The notes under the pieces are model-generated. The model had not been told where the DNA came from, did no database searches, and saw only the letters and a list, made by a program, of their open reading frames with translations. This document shows, in pieces, positions 22,648 through 28,001 of a DNA stretch of 28,001 bases. Position 1 is the stretch's first letter. Every line of letters begins with the position of its first letter. A program made the position numbers and the translations under genes. The stretch comes from Zygophlyctis sp. KS116 (taxonomy: Eukaryota; Fungi; Chytridiomycota): contig BAAFSQ010000129.1 in assembly GCA_054661495.1 (NCBI GenBank), forward strand, positions 1 to 28,001, written 5' to 3'.

Positions 22648-25310
22648 ATGGAATCTAAAGGGACAATACAGATCTATTGCCGAGTCCGACCGACCAAACC
22701 TAATGTTCGAATCTCTGATGATAGATACTGGATAAAGAATCCTGAAATTATTGATGAGAATGATCCAGATTCAGTACCAAAACTGGGATTTTTCATTCCA
22801 AAAGATCTTGGCTCAGGCATGATTAACAATCAACGAGAAAATTATGAATTCAAGTTTGATCGTGTATTTGGCATGAACACTCAACAAGGTAATATCTTTA
22901 TTTTAAACATGTAGAGGAAATTTTTGGTAAATTACTAGAAATAATATATAGATGTTGTTGCTAAACCTGTGATTTCTAGGTAATTTCAAGGATCAATATG
23001 ATCTAAACAAGTCTCATTAGATAGCGTGATTGAAGGTTATAATGGGACAATTTTTGCATATGGACAGGTAATCAATTATACAAAAATAACCCATTAGACA
23101 GGATCCGGAAAAACATTTACAATCACTGGAGGGGCAGAAAAGTATTCTGATAGAGGTATAATACCACGATCTATACAGCACATGTTTAAGGAAAAAAGCA
23201 AGGTAAATTTAATAATTGTAAATTCAAGTCTGATCGGCATTTCGAATTTGCAGTTTCTTATCTAGAAATATATAATGAAATTGGTTATGATTTGTTGGAT
23301 AATTCTAGAGAAGCAAAAAAACTGGAAGATTTACCGTAAATATTCTAATTTTTTAATTATTAGGAGGATTACGCTACAAGAAGATGCGGAAGATCTCATT
23401 CATTTGAAAAATTTAAGTGTGATTCCAGTTTCAAGTGAAGAAGATGCTCTAAATCTCTTATTTGTTGGTGATACAAATCGTATGATTGCAGAAACGCCAT
23501 CAAATCCTTCATCTTCTAGAAGTCACTGCATTTTCATTATTTCAGTTTCCAGTAGAAGTAATAATGGTGATACTATTCGTAAAAGTAAATTACATCTTGT
23601 AGATCTTGCTGGGTAAGACATTCTAGGCAAATTCATATACTAGTTCTGAAAGAGTAGCTCGGACCGGCATTGCAGGAAATCTATTGAAAGAAGCCAAATA
23701 TATTAATCTTTCATTACACTACTTAGAACAGGTTATTGTCGCACTGCACGAAAAAGCTCTTGGTAAACGAACTCATGTACCGTATCGAAACTCTACAATG
23801 ACTTCAGTTTTGAGAGATTCGTTAGGAGGAAACTGCAAAACTACAATGATTGCTACATGTGCAGTTGAAGATTCACTAATTGATGTATCTAGTCTCAAAT
23901 AATGAATTAATTCTAGGAATCAATATCAACATGTCGATTTGCGCAGAGAGTCGCTTTGATATCTAATAAAGCAGTTCTAAATGAAGAAATGGACCCGTAT
24001 CTCACAATCGCACGTCTCCAGAAAGAGATCACCCGATTAAAAACTGAACTGGCTATTGCAAGGGGGGAAACTGGTGATTCTAATGAAGAGTTGCCAGATT
24101 ATGAATTAGAAAGGTATATTGTCATCAATTTATTTCAAATAGAATCAAACAGATGGTCGATGATTTCCTCTCAAATCAATCAAATGAACTATGTTTTAGT
24201 GATTTCAGAAAAATTACTGCCGCATTTAATATTCTTCGAGTATTTTACAGCTTTTAATTTAATAGGAATTGATTCATAAAAGGGGATCAGGTGCAATCTC
24301 TTCGATCCCTTCACAAAAATTGGTAGAGCTGAAAGAAGCCACAAATAATCAAAATCCAACTAAAGAGGACTCCAAAAATCTAAGCCAAATACTAGATCAC
24401 AGAGATAATGAGATTAGTAAGTTAATAGAATGTGAAAATAACATTTTAGAAATTCTTGTAAGCATGGTGAATCAGCTCAAGTTAAAGCTTGAAGCTTCAG
24501 GGGAAACAAATACTGTAAAAGCAAACCATATAATTCTTAGGAAAAAACGATCACTCAAATCGAAGCAGAGACAACTGCATCTCCAGCGTCACAAAAACCT
24601 ATATCAACTAGCCAAACGCTTGAATCAATTTCAAAGCTGAAATCCAGTATCCCTAAACTAACTACAGAAAAAGCCAAAGCCTTTGAAATATTCAAGAACG
24701 GTTATCCATCTGGAGCTTGGATTGATGGCCAAAAAGCCTTGCTAAAGAGCAAATACGGTGAAGCTAAAGCTCTTGGAGAAGTAGCACAGGCTAATAGAAA
24801 CGATATTAGTATTTTACAATATATTAATCTCTTAGAGCATTTAAAAGAACTGATTGGAAATTCCGACGCAAATGAAAGTGACAAATCAGAGTGGAGAGAG
24901 CTAATATCCAAAAAAGTAGCAGAGTAAAAATATTTAAATTGAAAAATAGATACAAAATATCATATGGGAAACTAAAAGAATTGAAGATGGAGATTGAACA
25001 TTTGCAACACTTACTCGAACATGCAAGAACACGCTTAACTAGAGATTTTGAACACTGGTATGTCCACGTCTATCTAGAAACCCCAAATACCACAGACAGC
25101 AAATTAACCCAAAGCATTTCTACAACATCACTCGTTGAAGCTATACAGCCAAATGAGTGTAAAGTTGAAGTCCATACCCGTGCAATTGCAAACGTAAGTT
25201 ACTTTTTTTAAACCAAGGCCACTCCAACAAAGTCAAAAATTCAATCTGATATTGAAGCATTTTATAGATGTCAAAGAGAGCTAAATTCTAGCCTAGCCAA
25301 GAAAAAATAA
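22648..25310 (+). CDS. KIF6: Kinesin-9 family motor, KIF6-like (intact copy)
   Basis: RVRP, P-loop AYGQTGSGKTFTITGG, DRGIIPR, GDTNRMIAETPSNPSSSRSH, DLAGSERV, EAKYINLSLHYLEQVI, HVPYRNS, LRDSLGGN, STCRFAQRV, LKMEIEHLQHLLE and terminal DIEAFY. About 15 introns of 24-45 nt, including 12 nt and 28 nt micro-exons. Confidence 0.9.
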
Positions 25311-25373
25311 TAACATATTTGTAGTTTAGGATCATTTTGATCTTTCCTTGAATTAATCATCATCGGAACTCTG

Positions 25374-26330
25374 ATGAGTCTGACACAAGAAGAGTACCGA
25401 CGCAAGTTGGAGGAATATAAGAAAAGCAAGGAAATTCAAAAGTATTGACTTTATTATTGTAAACAATAGGCTCAAGTTAGCGTCTGATAAAGAGAATAAG
25501 AAGCTGAGCGCCAACCGTGGATGTCCGAAACAGGAGAAAACCATTGTTTCTGGGCAGCTGAATAAGACTGCACGGTTTGATGTAAAGAGGAAATCGGTTG
25601 TTCCTACTAAAAACGCTAAAATCTCTGTACTTAAGCCGACTCAGCAAGAATCTAATTCACGTGATACAGTACTCAATGATACCGTGGCTAATGCTCACAC
25701 TAGCACTGTCTCTGATGCAGTTATGATGACTAATAATTCAAATCAAGAATCAATTATCTCTTTTGATAACTTAACTAAACCTTCTGATTCTAAATGTACA
25801 AGTTGTAATCCAAGTCCTGGTATTGTCAGAGATGTACCGGTCAATGGTCAGAATATTGAATGCGATCAAAAGATTGATATTGAAAAAGTCATTAGTGAAC
25901 CATTGGTTGCGAAGAATGAAATCCTAGATATTGCAAACATGCTTGAATCACTTCAGCTACAAACTCCAGCCAAACATATTTCAACAAAAACACCGAAAGA
26001 AGAAACTAAATCTCTCAATATTAAGATGGCTGGAGATGGAGTATGCATCAATACAGACGGGACATGTTTAACGGTACTGACTCCAGTGAGGGCTTCCCGA
26101 AAAGTTGAAAAAGGTACGTATTTTCTAAATATGAAATTTATAGAATTGGGAGTGAAAAATGTTATAACTCCCGTAAGAAGATCAATAAGAAATGCCCTTA
26201 TGATTCCACAAGATTCGTCAGTTAAAAAACACGACCAGATCCATAATCTACTGAATGATCATGATTTTGCATATGTTCCAAATGATGTAAACTTAAATAT
26301 TTCTAATCATAGGCTTTTAAGGAGAATTAG
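25374..26330 (+). CDS. CKAP2-like microtubule-associated / cell-cycle protein
   Basis: N-terminal EEYRRKLEEYKK, KEN box (DKEN), LTPVRAS and ITPVRRSIR motifs, terminal AYVPNDAF. Three introns (28, 30, 26 nt). Family assignment rests on short motifs only. Confidence 0.6.
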
Positions 26331-26592
26331 CTGTAAAACAGTCGCCAAATATGATTTTGAGAGAACTCTCAAATACAAAACATTTTTAAGCAGCGGACAT
26401 TTCATTGAGCAACAGAAAAATGAGATGTAGTTTTAGGTCACTAGGATCCTTGAACTGATCGATCTTATCTTTGATATTTTCGGACATGATAATCCAACTT
26501 AAAATCACTTCGGTCGGTGATGACCATCCCATCCAATCCAATCGGTCCAGTCAAACAAACGGATTATCTCCGAATCATTCAGTTTACAAATC

Positions 26593-27838
<1,246 letters not shown>

Positions 27839-28001
27839 GTGCAAATAAACGATTTATTCTTATCAAATCATATATCCAATCTTATCCGATAACAACTCGA
27901 GAGCCATTTGTCCGAACTGCGCGTTTCAAGACAAAATTTTCATTTTAAAAAGCGAAAATTTGCATTCAAATTTTGTAGTCTAGGTCTTGAAACTCCTTAC
28001 C

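Larger units (their letters stand above)
19692..23660 (+). repeat. Direct duplication, copy 2 (3,969 bp)
   Basis: Same termini and content as 14293-18261. Continues seamlessly into the rest of the kinesin gene. Confidence 0.97.

Noticed and set aside
1237-25544. Short antisense ORFs in the track (1237, 1976, 2917, 3315, 5192, 7747, 11378, 11538, 24702, 25353)
   Set aside because: Nearly all lie opposite better-supported genes and show no recognisable motifs.

Overview
Very compact, AT-rich eukaryotic (fungal) genomic DNA, most consistent with a zoosporic fungus (chytrid-like). This is inferred from a fungal ADP1-type ABCG transporter and Crz1-like zinc finger alongside cilia-associated KIF6- and LRRC34-like genes. 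About 13 host genes are packed with 0-260 bp spacers and split by roughly 65 tiny GT-AG introns, mostly 24-33 nt, which is why the ORF track is fragmented. In order: ADP1-like ABC transporter, a probable small unannotated gene, ankyrin/coiled-coil protein, LRRC34-like, C2H2 transcription factor, YANK/STK32 kinase, an intronless orphan, oligopeptidase B, CMC1-like twin-CX9C protein, LtrA-like membrane protein, a small mitochondrial-type protein, KIF6 kinesin, CKAP2-like protein and GDP-mannose 4,6-dehydratase. The dominant anomaly is a 3,969 bp direct duplication (14293-18261 = 19692-23660, constant offset 5,399) flanking a 1,430 bp GC-richer, intron-free segment. That segment carries a truncated membrane-protein gene and an intact stand-alone retropepsin-like aspartic protease. 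It is either a very recent foreign-DNA capture/integration or an assembly/amplification chimera. Other notable signals: 3' splice sites apparently fixed 6-8 nt from the branch point with frequent AAG acceptors, 41-54 bp divergent promoters with CGCGT motifs, and a CMC1 stop codon directly abutting the in-frame ATG of oligopeptidase B. All gene models were reconstructed by eye, without database searches.
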